Notes: a model not told the origin generated them from the letters alone. A stretch of 64,000 nucleotides of DNA from Bacteroidota bacterium (GCA_008933835.1 WBUG01000004.1:27005-91004), one strand, 5' to 3'; counted from the stretch's first letter, positions 10,416 through 21,900 are shown. Numbers and translations: made by a program.

Positions 10416-12881
10416 ATGTTCCGTCCATTGTTCCTGCTCCTGCTCTTCACCTCCGCCGCGGCGGCGCAGGTGTACACCGACGCCTCCGCCCCCGTGGAAC
10501 GGCGCGTGGACGACCTGCTGAAGCGGATGACGCTGGAAGAGAAGGTGGAGATGCTGAGCGGTACGGGATTCGCCTCCAAACCGCTGGCGCGTCTCGGCAT
10601 TCCGTCGCTGGAGATGGCGGACGGTCCCGTCGGAGTCCGCTGGCAGCCCTCCGTCGCGTTCCCGGCCTCCGTCATGCTCGCCGCCACGTTCGATACGGTG
10701 CTGGCGGGCCGGTACGGATGGGCGCTCGCGCGCGAGACCAAGGCGAAGGGGAGGAACACCATCCTCGGACCGTGCGTGAACATCCACCGCGTGCCGCACG
10801 GCGGACGCAATTTCGAGAGCTTCGGCGAGGACCCGTTCCTCGCCGCACGCATGGCGGTCTCGTACGTGAAGGGGGTGCAGGGCGAAGGGGTGGTGGCGAC
10901 GGTGAAGCACTTCGCGGTGAACAATCAGGAGACGGACCGGATGTTCATCGATGCACGGGTGGACGAACGGACGCTGCACGAGATCTACTTCCCGGCGTTC
11001 AAAGCGGCGGTGCAGGAGGCGAAAGCGCAGGCGGTGATGTGCGCCTATAACAAACTGAACGGCACGTACTGCAGCGAGAACGCGATGCTGCTGAACCGCG
11101 TGCTGAAGGAGGGATGGAAGTTCGACGGTCTCGTGATGTCCGACTGGGGGGCCGTCCACAGCACCGAAGGGGTGGCGGTGAACGGGCTCGATCTGGAGAT
11201 GCCGGACGGCGCGTTCCTCGGCGCCGGGAAACTCCTGCCGCTCGTCCGGGAAGGAAGGGTGAAGGAGACGGTCATCGACGACAAGGTACGGCGGATGCTG
11301 CGGGTGATGTTCCGCATGGGCCGCTTCGATCGGCCGCTCGATACGCCCTCCGTCAATGCGCCTGAACACCGTGCCGTCGCGCTCGATGTGGCGCGGGAGG
11401 GGATCGTGCTGCTGAAGAACGAGCGGGCGCTCCTGCCGGTCGCACCGCTGCGCTACCGTTCCGTGGCGGTCCTCGGTCCGAACGCGGAGAGGCTCCGGAC
11501 GGGAGGCGGAGGGAGTTCGATGGTCGAACCGGCCTCCGTCGAATCGCCGCTCGACGGGATACGGCGGACGTTCGCCGGGGCGGAGGTGCGCTTCGCCGCG
11601 GGTGCGCGGCTCACCGGTGACGTTCCTCCCATCGATCCGAAATACTTTTTCCTCCCCGGCGATTCGCTCGGACGCCGCGGTGTGCGGGCGGAGTACTTTG
11701 CGAACAAGGGACTCTCCGGCGCACCGGTGCTTCGCCGGGTGGATCCGTCCATCTCCTTCCGGTGGGGCGGCGGCGCTCCGGCGGAAGGGATCGGTCCGGA
11801 CGGATTCTCCGTTCGGTGGACCGCGCTGCTGCGTCCCGACGCGAGCGGCACGTACGAATTGACGACCGCGAGCGACGACGGCATCCGGGTGACGGTGGAC
11901 GGGAAACGGGTGATCGACCACTGGAACGATCACGGCGTCGAAGCGCGCACGGCGGCAGTGGAGCTGACCGCCGGACGTTACCATGAACTGATTGTGGAGT
12001 ACTACGAGAACGGCGGCGACGCGGTGGCGATGCTGGGCTGGACCGCTCCGGGGCAGGACGAACTCGCGGCGGCGGTGGAGGCGGCGCGGCGCAGCGAACT
12101 GGCGGTCATCTTCGCCGGCAACTCGCATCATCAGGAGTCCGAGGGGTTCGACCGTCCGGAGATCGGCCTTCCGGCGGCCCAGGTGCGGCTCATCACCGAC
12201 GTGGCGACAGTGAACCCGAACACGGTGGTGGTGCTGCATGCCGGAGCGCCGGTCACCATGCTGCCGTGGGTGGAGAACGTCGCCGCGGTCGTTTGGGCGT
12301 TCTTTCCGGGACAGGAGGGGACGCAGGCGCTCATCGACGTGCTGACCGGCGTGCAGAACCCGTCCGGGAAGCTTCCGTTCACCGTCGGTCGGCGCTGGGA
12401 GGATTATCCGGCGTACGGGCGCTATCCCGGCAGCGACAGTACGGTGGAGTACAGCGAGGGAGTGATGGTCGGTTACCGTCATTTCGATGCGAAGGAGATC
12501 GAACCGCTCTACCCGTTCGGTTTCGGTCTGTCGTACACACGGTTCGGATTGTCGGACCTGGCCGTGACGAAGAAGAAGAACGGCGCGGCGGAGGTGACGG
12601 TGAAGGTCACTAACACCGGAGCGGTGACCGGAACGGAAGTGGTCCAGCTCTATGTCCGCGACCGGCGTCCTGCCGTGGTGCGTCCCCCGAAAGAACTGAA
12701 GGCGTTCGCCCGAGTGTCGCTCGACCCCGGCGAGACGAAGAGCGTGCGGCTGCTGCTCGACCGGTCGTCGTTCGAATACTACGATGCCGTCCGCCATTCC
12801 TGGTCCCGCTCCAAAGGAGGGTACACCATCATGGCAGGTACATCATCACGGCACATCATCCTGCAGCGTGACATACAATAG
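10416..12881 (+). CDS. GH3 beta-glucosidase with inserted PA14 domain
   Basis: GH3 N-domain (KHFAVNNQE, SDWGAV) and C-domain (FGFGLSYT) with a PA14-like insert (AEYFANKGLSGAPV...); start at the signal-peptide Met (MFRPLFLLLLF). Confidence 0.85.
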   Translation: MFRPLFLLLLFTSAAAAQVYTDASAPVERRVDDLLKRMTLEEKVEMLSGTGFASKPLARLGIPSLEMADGPVGVRWQPSVAFPASVMLAATFDTVLAGRYGWALARETKAKGRNTILGPCVNIHRVPHGGRNFESFGEDPFLAARMAVSYVKGVQGEGVVATVKHFAVNNQETDRMFIDARVDERTLHEIYFPAFKAAVQEAKAQAVMCAYNKLNGTYCSENAMLLNRVLKEGWKFDGLVMSDWGAVHSTEGVAVNGLDLEMPDGAFLGAGKLLPLVREGRVKETVIDDKVRRMLRVMFRMGRFDRPLDTPSVNAPEHRAVALDVAREGIVLLKNERALLPVAPLRYRSVAVLGPNAERLRTGGGGSSMVEPASVESPLDGIRRTFAGAEVRFAAGARLTGDVPPIDPKYFFLPGDSLGRRGVRAEYFANKGLSGAPVLRRVDPSISFRWGGGAPAEGIGPDGFSVRWTALLRPDASGTYELTTASDDGIRVTVDGKRVIDHWNDHGVEARTAAVELTAGRYHELIVEYYENGGDAVAMLGWTAPGQDELAAAVEAARRSELAVIFAGNSHHQESEGFDRPEIGLPAAQVRLITDVATVNPNTVVVLHAGAPVTMLPWVENVAAVVWAFFPGQEGTQALIDVLTGVQNPSGKLPFTVGRRWEDYPAYGRYPGSDSTVEYSEGVMVGYRHFDAKEIEPLYPFGFGLSYTRFGLSDLAVTKKKNGAAEVTVKVTNTGAVTGTEVVQLYVRDRRPAVVRPPKELKAFARVSLDPGETKSVRLLLDRSSFEYYDAVRHSWSRSKGGYTIMAGTSSRHIILQRDIQ

Positions 12882-12882
12882 A

Positions 12883-12936
12883 CCGTCCCGTAATCAGGAC
12901 GGACTCAAACCCCGGTAACGCCGGGGTTTTTTATTT
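12883..12936. terminator. Tandem hairpins ending in a T-run; intrinsic terminator of the upstream hydrolase operon
   Basis: CCGTCC-N9-GGACGG, then CCCCGG-taacg-CCGGGG followed by TTTTTTATTTT. Confidence 0.7.
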
Positions 12937-13021
12937 TCTTCTTATATCATGAAAGCGGTTCTACGAAAATCGCATCTTGGACTGAATTTTCGCTTGACAA
13001 ATGGGTTTAAAAGGCATAAAA

Positions 13022-13056
13022 TGTAAACGTTTACATCGAACATGTAATCGTTTACA
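13022..13056. promoter_or_regulatory. Two tandem LacI/GalR-type palindromic operators, 21 bp centre to centre
   Basis: TGTAAACGTTTACA (perfect 14-bp palindrome) and TGTAATCGTTTACA, both matching the TGWAANCGNTNWCA cre/LacI-family consensus, immediately upstream of the LacI gene start. Confidence 0.55.
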
Positions 13057-14097
13057 GTGAAAACCACCATAAAACAGGTCGCAGAGAAGGCCGGCGTCTC
13101 CATCGCCACCGTTTCCCGTGTCATCAACGGCTTCGAAAATGTGAACGCCGAGACGAGGGAGCGCATCATGAAGGTGGTGGCGGAGCTCAAATACACGCCG
13201 AACCTCGCCGCCCGCGGGCTCATCATGAAGCGGACGGAAGCCATCGGTCTGCTGCTGCCGGACCTGCACGGTGAGTTCTTTTCGGAGGTGATCCGGGGGG
13301 TGGACGAAGCGGTCCAGCGTCAGCAATACCATCTTCTGGTCTCCAGTTCGCACAACGACACGAAGGAGATCGAGGCGGCGCTGCGGTTCATGCGGGGACG
13401 GGTCGATGCCATCATCGTGATGTCGCCGCAGGTCGATTCCGACCTCCTCCTCTCCAACCTGCCCAAAGGTCTTCCGGTCGTCCTCCTCAACTGTCATCTC
13501 AACAATCCCCATTTCGACTCCATCGTCATCGACGGCTTCGGCGGCGCGCGGGACATGGTGTCGTACCTGCTCGGCATCGGCCACACGCGCATCGCCGTCA
13601 TCAAGGGGGGAGAGAACAATCTCGAATCGCAGGAGCGTCTGCGCGGGTACCGCACCGCCTTCATCAATCACGGGATGACCTACAACAAGTCGCTCGAGTT
13701 CGACGGCGACTTCACCGAAGCCTCCGGCTACGAGGCGGCGCGCGAAGTGCTCGAACTCGAGGAGCGGCCCACCGCCATCTTCGCCTTCAACGATTCGATG
13801 GCCGTCGGCGCCATCGGCGCCATCCGCGAGGCGGGTCTCCGCATTCCCAACGACATCTCCGTCTGCGGTTTCGACGACATCCCGGTGGCGAAGTACCTCA
13901 GTCCGTCGCTCACCTCCGTACACGTCCCCATCCATGACCTCGGCGTCATGGCGGTGAACCGTGTGTTCGACCGGCTGCAGAACAAGGGGAAGACCAGCGC
14001 AGCGCACATCCTGGTCCCCACCACGCTGCAGATCCGCACCAGCTGCCGAAAGATCACTGTGCAACAGAATCAATCAAAGGAGGAATCGTCCCGGTGA
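13057..14097 (+). CDS. LacI-family transcriptional regulator
   Basis: N-terminal HTH (IKQVAEKAGVSIATVSRVING) plus a periplasmic-binding-fold sugar-binding domain. Confidence 0.85.
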   Translation: MKTTIKQVAEKAGVSIATVSRVINGFENVNAETRERIMKVVAELKYTPNLAARGLIMKRTEAIGLLLPDLHGEFFSEVIRGVDEAVQRQQYHLLVSSSHNDTKEIEAALRFMRGRVDAIIVMSPQVDSDLLLSNLPKGLPVVLLNCHLNNPHFDSIVIDGFGGARDMVSYLLGIGHTRIAVIKGGENNLESQERLRGYRTAFINHGMTYNKSLEFDGDFTEASGYEAAREVLELEERPTAIFAFNDSMAVGAIGAIREAGLRIPNDISVCGFDDIPVAKYLSPSLTSVHVPIHDLGVMAVNRVFDRLQNKGKTSAAHILVPTTLQIRTSCRKITVQQNQSKEESSR

Positions 14098-14165
14098 GGC
14101 AGTTCCGCGCTCCGGGACGGGCGGCTTCCTTCGTTTTTCATTCACAACCAACAAGGAGAGGTGCT

Positions 14166-16124
14166 ATGGTACACAAGAGGTTACTGTTTGCCCTGCTGCT
14201 CGTGTCGCTCGCGGCGTCGTTGACGGCGCAGCCGAAGCGGCCCGATGCGGTGTGGGGCCGTCAGGTGCCGGCCGGAACGATCGTGCTGGACGGCGTCCTG
14301 AACGAAGCGGCGTGGGCGAAGGCCGAATCGCTGCAGATCAAGTACGGCACGAGCCTGGCCGGAGATCCGGGCAGCGGCTGGGTGAAAGAGAACGGCGTCG
14401 ACAGCGTCTATGATCCCATCGACGCGACGGTGAAGTTCCTCATCGGCGCCAACAACAAGATGTACGTTTCGGTCTATGCGAAAGACAAGTCCATCGGCGG
14501 CGGTTTCTGGGCGCAGTTCGACGCCATGCTGATGAACGTCCGCGACAAGAAGAACAAGGACGCCAACACCGGCATCGCGAGCCCGTACGAGTTCTTCTAT
14601 GGATGGGTGGCGGAGGGTTGGGCGGACCCGACCCTGAACGTCGGCCAGAAACATCCCGGTTTCTTCGGGTGGGCCGGCGGTCACCGTGACAGTCTCTGCA
14701 CCGACGCCAACCACGGCGATCTGGGGATCAAGAACAAGGACATCTGGAACGCCGCCACGAAGGTGTACGGCGTGCAGAACAACGACTCGTCGGCCAACTC
14801 GCAGGACACCGCGTGGGTCACCGAGTTCGAGTTCGACCTCGCCCGCCGCGGTTATGATGTGGCGAAGACGGGGGGCGACATCGTCATGTACAACCTCGCC
14901 ATCTTCGACGCGGACTACCGCTGGCCGGTCGACACCAACAAGGTGCGCGGCCACCGCGCCTGGCTGCAGGGTCCGTGGGGCAACGCTTCGGCCTACAGCC
15001 ACCTCCGCATCTTCACCGACCCGGCCGTCGGCCTGAACTCCGCCCTTCCGGCCATGCCGTACGACGTCACCATCTACGACGGCAAGGACCATGCGGCTCC
15101 GACGGTGGACGGCAAACTGGACGAGAACGTATGGAAGAGCACGCCGGGCTTCACCATCAAGTACGGCGACAACGCCGTCCGCGCGGCGTACAAGAACACG
15201 ATGCCGTTCCGCAGCGGACAGTTCCAGCCCTCCGTCTACGGCGTGAAGGCCGACGTGCTGAACCCGGCCGAAGCGGTCGTGAAGATGTTCTTCAAGAACG
15301 ACACCCTCTATGTCGGCGTCGACGTGAAGGACCAGGTGGTGCAGTATCGTCCCGAGTTCGACCGTCAGGACGGCTTCCGCTTCATGCCGAAGAGCCGTTC
15401 CGAGCGCGATGCCGGCGAGAAGTTCCTGATGTCCCGCGAGATCTTCGTGCGGGTCGACACCTCCGCGAAGAAGTACTCCCTGGAAGGCTTCGGTCCGGAA
15501 CTCGTGGCCGACACCAATGCGAACAAGGGGAGCAAGATCGTCCTCGGCCTGAACACCGGCACCACCATCGACACCCTCGGTGCCTCGGCCGATGCCGGAT
15601 ACCAGATCGAGATGAAAATCAACCTGCGCGCCCTCGGCTATGCCGCCGGCCGCAATGACGGTCTGTTCTGGTTCGGCGGTCTGCTGCTCGACGGCGACAC
15701 CTTCGGCAACACCCTGCCGCCGTACGGCAACCGGGTGTGGTTCGGCCAGGAAGGGACCTGGAACGACGGTCCGGCCCTCGCGTACATGGACCCGACCATG
15801 GTCGTCGCCGGCGTGAAGCCGGGTGACGCCGTGGTACCGGGCGAGTTCCAGCTCCATGGCGCGTATCCGAACCCGTTCAACCCCTCGACCACCATCGAGT
15901 TCTCGCTCCCCGCCGCCTCGAACGTGAAGGTGTCGGTGTACGACATGCTCGGCCGCGTGGTCTCCGAACGCTCCATCTTCGGACTCGGTGCGGGACGCCA
16001 GGCCTACCAGTTCAACGCCTCGACGTTCGCCTCCGGTGCGTACATCTACCGGGTGCAGATGCTCGACCTGCGTACCGGAGAGGTCCTCTCCGCGAAGGTC
16101 GGCAAGATGATGCTCACGAAGTAA
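14166..16124 (+). CDS. Secreted protein with two CBM9-like modules and T9SS CTD
   Basis: Two DGxLNE/DExxW blocks (LDGVLNEAAW, VDGKLDENVW) typical of CBM9/DOMON-like folds; C-terminal YPNPFNPSTTIEF CTD; signal peptide at the Met at 14166. Confidence 0.5.
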   Translation: MVHKRLLFALLLVSLAASLTAQPKRPDAVWGRQVPAGTIVLDGVLNEAAWAKAESLQIKYGTSLAGDPGSGWVKENGVDSVYDPIDATVKFLIGANNKMYVSVYAKDKSIGGGFWAQFDAMLMNVRDKKNKDANTGIASPYEFFYGWVAEGWADPTLNVGQKHPGFFGWAGGHRDSLCTDANHGDLGIKNKDIWNAATKVYGVQNNDSSANSQDTAWVTEFEFDLARRGYDVAKTGGDIVMYNLAIFDADYRWPVDTNKVRGHRAWLQGPWGNASAYSHLRIFTDPAVGLNSALPAMPYDVTIYDGKDHAAPTVDGKLDENVWKSTPGFTIKYGDNAVRAAYKNTMPFRSGQFQPSVYGVKADVLNPAEAVVKMFFKNDTLYVGVDVKDQVVQYRPEFDRQDGFRFMPKSRSERDAGEKFLMSREIFVRVDTSAKKYSLEGFGPELVADTNANKGSKIVLGLNTGTTIDTLGASADAGYQIEMKINLRALGYAAGRNDGLFWFGGLLLDGDTFGNTLPPYGNRVWFGQEGTWNDGPALAYMDPTMVVAGVKPGDAVVPGEFQLHGAYPNPFNPSTTIEFSLPAASNVKVSVYDMLGRVVSERSIFGLGAGRQAYQFNASTFASGAYIYRVQMLDLRTGEVLSAKVGKMMLTK

Positions 16125-16132
16125 CGCGGTTC

Positions 16133-16165
16133 CCGCCTCCGGAGGATTGTCTCCTCCGGAGGCGG
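16133..16165. terminator. Perfect 14-bp-arm hairpin (terminator-like, no T-run)
   Basis: CCGCCTCCGGAGGA-ttgtc-TCCTCCGGAGGCGG directly after the stop at 16124. Confidence 0.5.
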
Positions 16166-16249
16166 CTCTGTCGCACCAAACGGCGTCGGCCTGTCGTCCC
16201 ATCCCGTGCCGCCATCCACGTCGCAGCCGTCCATCAGTACGAGGTCACT

Positions 16250-18916
16250 ATGCGCACAATCCACCGTCCGGATGCACCGCTGTTCCCTGCCGCGCTGTCG
16301 TCCGGCGTCCGGCTCCTCCTGTTGCTCATCGTCGGCACCGCGTCCCTCGCCGCGGACACGCGCGGCAAGCTCGCCGGACGCGTGGTGGACGAACGGACGA
16401 ACGAGCCGCTCATCGGCATCAACATCGTCCTCGTCGGCACCTCCACCGGCGCCGCCACGGACTTCGAGGGGAACTACGTCATCCTGAACATCCCCCCCGC
16501 ATCGTACGAGGTGCGGTTCAGCGGTGTGGGCTACGCCGCCAAGGTCATCCGCGAAGTGCGCGTCAGCGCCGGGCAGACCACCACGCTCAACCTCTCCATG
16601 GCCGAAGAGGTGGTGAAGGGGCAGGAGGTCGTCATCATCGCCACGCGTCCCATCGTCGATACGCGCCAGACGAGCGCCGTCAGCATCATGGACAGCAAGG
16701 AGATCGACGCGATGCCGGTGCAGGAACTGAGCGACATCGTGAACCTGCAGGCGGGGGTCGTGGACGGACACTTCCGCGGCGGCCGGATCGGCGAAGTGCA
16801 GTACCAGGTGGACGGTGTCTCCATCAACAATCCCTACGACAACTCCGCCAGCATCCGCATCGACAAGTCCATCATCCAGGAGGTGCAGGTCGTCAGCGGA
16901 ACGTTCGACGCCGAGTACGGCCAGGCGATGTCCGGCGTCGTGAACGCCATCCTCAAGAGCGGCTCCGGCGAACGGTACGACTACGCGGCCGAGGCCTACA
17001 TCGGCCAGTACGTCGGCGATGCGGGGCGGTATCCGTACATCGACCGGTTCCGTCCCTTCACCACACAGAGCTACCAGTTCAGTCTCAGCGGTCCCACGCC
17101 GCTCCCGAACACCACGTTCCTCGTGAGCGGTCGCCGGCTGATGGACGACGGCTACCTCTACGGCGAGCGGCGCTTCTCGCCGTTCGATACGATGGGGACC
17201 GACGCGGCGCTGACGAAGCATCCCACCGGCGACAACGAGATCGTCCCGATGAACTACTTCAACGAATGGTCCGGCCAGGCCAAAGTCTCCACCCGCCTCA
17301 GCGCCGAGATGCAGCTCAGCTACCAGCTCGTCTTCAACCAGAGCGACCAGAAGAACTACTCGTACAGCTGGCGCTTCAATCCGGAGGGGCTCACCGTGCC
17401 GAAACGGAGCTCGTTCGTGCACGGACTCGACTGGACCCACAACCTCTCCCCGACGCTCTTCTACACCGTGAGCGCCCGGCAGAACTCGTTCGACTACAAG
17501 GACTACATGTACGAGGACGTGTTCGATCCGCGCTATGATCAGGCGCGCGACCCGCGGAGCGACGCCAACTATTTCGACGGCGCCGTGGTGCAGGGGGTGA
17601 GCTTCACGCGGTTCATCCAGCGGACCAATTCGTACGTCGCCAAATCGTCGGTCACCTGGCAGGCGGACAACGTCCATCTGCTCAAAGCAGGCATCGAAGG
17701 ACAGCTCGCCACGATCGAGTTCGGCGCGCCGGGTTCGCTGACGATGGTGGCGGACAAGGTGCAGCGCATCACGCTCGACACGCTCAATGCCGCGGTGGTG
17801 ACGTCGCGACCGCGCTGGCTCTCGGGTTACGTGCAGGACAAGATGGAGTTCACCAACATCGTGCTGCGCGGCGGCGTCCGGGTGGAGGCGTTCGACGCCA
17901 ATACCACCGTCCCCGGCGACCTCGCCAACCCGGTGAACGCCATCCCCGGTGCGCCGACCGCGGCGCCGAAGGCGGCCACAATGAAGGTCTCCGTCGCCCC
18001 GCGTCTCGGCATCTCGTACCCCATCACGGACCGCAGTTCGGTCTTCTTTTCCTACGGCCACTTCTATCAGTACCCCGCGCTCGGCAATCTCTTCTCCAAC
18101 GCGAACTACAACGTGCTCCGCTATCTGCAGGAGGGGGGCATCAGCTACGGCGTGATGGGCAATCCGGACCTTGAACCGGAACGGACCATCCAGTACGAGT
18201 TCGGATACAAAGGGGCGGTCACCGACATGTTCGGCGTCGATGTGAGCGTCTTCTATAAGGACATCCGCGACCTGCTCGGCGTCGAGTTCATCTCCACGTA
18301 CACCGCCGCGGAGTACGCCCGGTTCACCAACGTGGACTTCGGCGGTGTGACCGGCTCGACCATCGCGCTGGACTACCGGGCGGGGACGTTCAGCGCGTCG
18401 ATGGACTATACGTTCCAGGTCGCGCTGGGCAATTCGTCCGACCCGCGTGAGACCGCGAACCGCGCGGCCGCCGGCGAGGACCCCCGCCCGCGTGTGGTGC
18501 CGCTCGGCTGGGACCAGCGCCATACCATGAACGTGATCCTCGGACTGTCGGAGCCGGACGACTACGGCGTCTCGCTCATCATGCGTCTGCAGAGCGGACA
18601 GCCGTACACCCCCGAACTGACCCCCGGGTTCAACGGCGAGATCGAGACGAACTCCGGCGCCAAACCCGGCTCGTTCGTGACCGACCTGCGCGTGGAGAAG
18701 TTCCTGACCCTGGGCGGGCTACGGTTCTCCGTCTTCACCCGGGTGAGCAACCTGTTCGGCACGCACTACTCCAACGGGTTCGTCTTCGCCAACACCGGGT
18801 CGGTGGACTACAGCCTGAACCCGTACGTATCGCGCACCACCCTTGCGGACCCGTCACGGTACTATGCGCCGCGGAAGATCGAAGCGGGCATTTCGCTGAA
18901 CGGCATGTTCGAGTGA
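16250..18916 (+). CDS. TonB-dependent outer-membrane receptor, SusC-like, with N-terminal carboxypeptidase-regulatory-like domain
   Basis: CarbopepD_reg-like N-terminus (GRVVDERTNEPLIGINIV...GNYVILNIPP), a plug region and a long beta-barrel ending ...GISLNGMFE. Confidence 0.8.
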   Translation: MRTIHRPDAPLFPAALSSGVRLLLLLIVGTASLAADTRGKLAGRVVDERTNEPLIGINIVLVGTSTGAATDFEGNYVILNIPPASYEVRFSGVGYAAKVIREVRVSAGQTTTLNLSMAEEVVKGQEVVIIATRPIVDTRQTSAVSIMDSKEIDAMPVQELSDIVNLQAGVVDGHFRGGRIGEVQYQVDGVSINNPYDNSASIRIDKSIIQEVQVVSGTFDAEYGQAMSGVVNAILKSGSGERYDYAAEAYIGQYVGDAGRYPYIDRFRPFTTQSYQFSLSGPTPLPNTTFLVSGRRLMDDGYLYGERRFSPFDTMGTDAALTKHPTGDNEIVPMNYFNEWSGQAKVSTRLSAEMQLSYQLVFNQSDQKNYSYSWRFNPEGLTVPKRSSFVHGLDWTHNLSPTLFYTVSARQNSFDYKDYMYEDVFDPRYDQARDPRSDANYFDGAVVQGVSFTRFIQRTNSYVAKSSVTWQADNVHLLKAGIEGQLATIEFGAPGSLTMVADKVQRITLDTLNAAVVTSRPRWLSGYVQDKMEFTNIVLRGGVRVEAFDANTTVPGDLANPVNAIPGAPTAAPKAATMKVSVAPRLGISYPITDRSSVFFSYGHFYQYPALGNLFSNANYNVLRYLQEGGISYGVMGNPDLEPERTIQYEFGYKGAVTDMFGVDVSVFYKDIRDLLGVEFISTYTAAEYARFTNVDFGGVTGSTIALDYRAGTFSASMDYTFQVALGNSSDPRETANRAAAGEDPRPRVVPLGWDQRHTMNVILGLSEPDDYGVSLIMRLQSGQPYTPELTPGFNGEIETNSGAKPGSFVTDLRVEKFLTLGGLRFSVFTRVSNLFGTHYSNGFVFANTGSVDYSLNPYVSRTTLADPSRYYAPRKIEAGISLNGMFE

Positions 18917-18950
18917 CCGGCGCCGCCGGTCGTCACCACCAACTTTCAGA

Positions 18951-21900
18951 GTGTACGGAGACCCTCCACCTATGAACAGCACACCACTCTTCCGCACGGC
19001 GCTCGCGCTCGTCCTGCTCGCCGCCTCCGCAGCAGCCCAGCCCCGGCCCACCGTCACGCCGGACCGCCGCGGCGACCTCTCGTACGAGCGGACCGGACAG
19101 CACGACGCCAACAACATCCGCACCGAGTTCCTGAACTACGGCATGGTGGGGAACTACTTCGGCGGCGACGCCGACTTCAGCGTGAAGCACTCGATGGAAG
19201 TGCCGAAGGGGAGCGGAACGAACTACACCGACGGGGCGACCCCCTTCATCCTCGCGCGCGTCATCCAGAACGACGCCACGCCGAAGGACATCATGCTCAC
19301 CGGCTACCGTGAGCGGCAGGAAGGGGAGCCGTTCGGACGCTGGGTCATGCGCTTCGAACCGCGTCCGGGCTACTTCCAGGCGGACCCGACCATCAACCGC
19401 GGACGCTCCATCGCCATCAGCAACGATTCGCGCACCTGGCCGTACCAATGGTACGACAAACTGACCGACGTCACCGATCCGGGGTGGAAAGGGTCGTGGT
19501 ACGGATACTTCGGGAAGCGGCCGGCGGCGGACCAGGAGAGCTTCTTCGTCATGGACGACAACTACTACACCAACATGAGCTTCAACCCCGACGTCCGCGA
19601 CGTCACGCGGCGCGGACTGGCGACCTCCATGGAAGTGCGCGGGTTCCAGTGGTCCAATCCCCAGGCGGGCAACGTGCTGTTCTACCACTACGACGTCGTC
19701 AACGAAGGGACGACCGATTACAACGACAACATCTTCTTCGGCATCTACGTCGACTCCGGCGTCGGCGGCTCCACCATCTCGTGCGACGGCGTCTATGAAT
19801 CCGACGACGACAACGCGTACTTCGATCCGAAATCGTTCGGTCTCAACCTGAACCTCACCTATACCTGGGATTCGCACAGCACCGGCGTGTCGCTCACCAG
19901 CAACTGCGTGAAGACCGGCTATCTCGGCTACGCCTACCTCGAAACGCCGGGGAATCCGTTCGACGCGAAGGACAACGACCTGGACGGCATCACGGACGAG
20001 AAGCGCGACGGCGGTCCCGGCACGCTCATCCAGGGTGCGAACGCCATCCGCACCCATGTGAACGCCAACTACAACCGGACCCTCTTCGACACCACCTACG
20101 GCGCGCTCGAACTGCAACCGGCGTTCGGGACCGAGTACTGGTGGACGGGGGATGAGGACCTGGACTGGACCGCCGAGTTCGACGACACCGGCGTGGACGG
20201 TATCTTCGGCACCAACGACACCGGTGAGAAGGACGGCATGCCGACCGCGGGCGAGACGAACTTCGACCGGACGGACGTCGACGAGTCGGACCAGATCGGA
20301 CTGACCGGCTTCAAGATGAACCGTATCGCGGCCGGACAGGGGGCGAGCAGCACGGAGGTGGACGGCATCGTCTTCTATAATAACGGCATCAAGAACTGGC
20401 CGAAGCTGTTGTACGACATGTGGACCGATCCCATCGAAGCCAACCGATACTCGCCGCCGCTGGTGCTGAACTATAACATCGGATTCTTCTTCACCTCCGG
20501 CACCTTCAAACTGCAGGTCGGCAAGCAGGAACGGTTCAGTCTCGCCCTGGCGTACGGCGGGGGCCTCTCCGAGCTGCGCACCGTGGTGAAAGTGGTCCAG
20601 AAGATCTACGTCTCCAACTATCAGTTCGTCGTTCCGCCGCTGCTGCCGGCGTTGACGGCACAGGTGGACGACCGGAAAGTGAAGCTCACCTGGAGCGACT
20701 ACTCCGAACGAAGCCCCGATCCGGTGACGAAGAAGCTCGACTTCGAAGGCTACAAGGTGTACCGTTCCACCGATCCGGACTTCAACGACATCCGGACCAT
20801 CTCCAACGGACAGGGGACCGGCAAGCTCCCCTTCGGCACCCCCATCGCGCAGTTCGACCTGGACAACGCGTACGACGGCTTCTCGTCCATCACCGTGGAC
20901 GGCGTCGGATACTACCTCGGCGAGAACACCGGTATCACGCACACCTTCACCGACACCACGGTGAAGAACGGGTTCACGTACTATTACGCGGTGGTGGCGT
21001 ACGACCATGGCGACGACAATCTGGGATACTATCCTTCGGAGAACGCCGTCACCGTCTCGCGCACCGCGCGGGGCGGCACCATCCTTCCCAAGAACGTGGT
21101 GGAGGTGCGTCCCAACCCGCGGGCGTCGGGCTTCGTCGAAGCCGCGGCCGGCACCGTGCGGAAGAAGAACGGCTCCGGCACCGGTTCCGTGGCGGTGAAC
21201 GTCGTCAACTCCTCCGACGTGCCGGACGGACGGACGATGCTGCTGCGGATGAAGACCATCGCCCCCGAGAACGTGCGGGCGGACTACTATCAGCTCGTGG
21301 ACAGCGCCAGCGGCACGGTCTACATCGAGCGCGGCTCGGACTTCGAGGCGACGGGCAAGGGGGAGGTGGGGGCCGGACTGATCCCGTTGGTGAGCACCAT
21401 CCCGAACGTCCAGATCGACGCGGACAATTCCGGATTCCTCGCCGGCAGCCAGGGCACCGTGCGGATGAACGTCACGTACGCGCTCGGCGCACCCTCCATC
21501 AATCACAAGCGCCCGGGATTCCCGTTCGACATGGAGATCGAGTTCTTCGCGACCTCTGTGGACACCTCGCTGCCGCTGAACTTCCTCATCCCCGGACGTC
21601 CGGTGAAGTACAAGGTGTGGGCGCTCACCCCGCAGGGGAAGCTGCCGCTCAAGACCTTCTTCACCGACGGTTCGCTGAGCAAGGACAGCACGCTCAACTC
21701 TCCCGACGACATCATGTACATCGCCACCGATTCGGCGAAGCAGACGTGGTCCGTGAAGGTCGACACGACGGCCGTCACCGGGGCCATCGTTCCTCCCCAG
21801 CCGGGTGACGTATACCGCATCGCGCTCCGTCATCCCTTTGCGGACGGCGAAGAGTTCGCCTTCCGCACGACGGGTCAGCGCATCGACGCAGCGAAAGCGG

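Noticed and set aside
6666-12797. Minus-strand ORFs 6666..8555, 8401..9843 and 10335..12797 (480-820 aa)
   Set aside because: Each lies antisense to strongly supported + strand genes (CotH, GH5, GH3-PA14). They are low-complexity with no motifs: high-GC artefacts.
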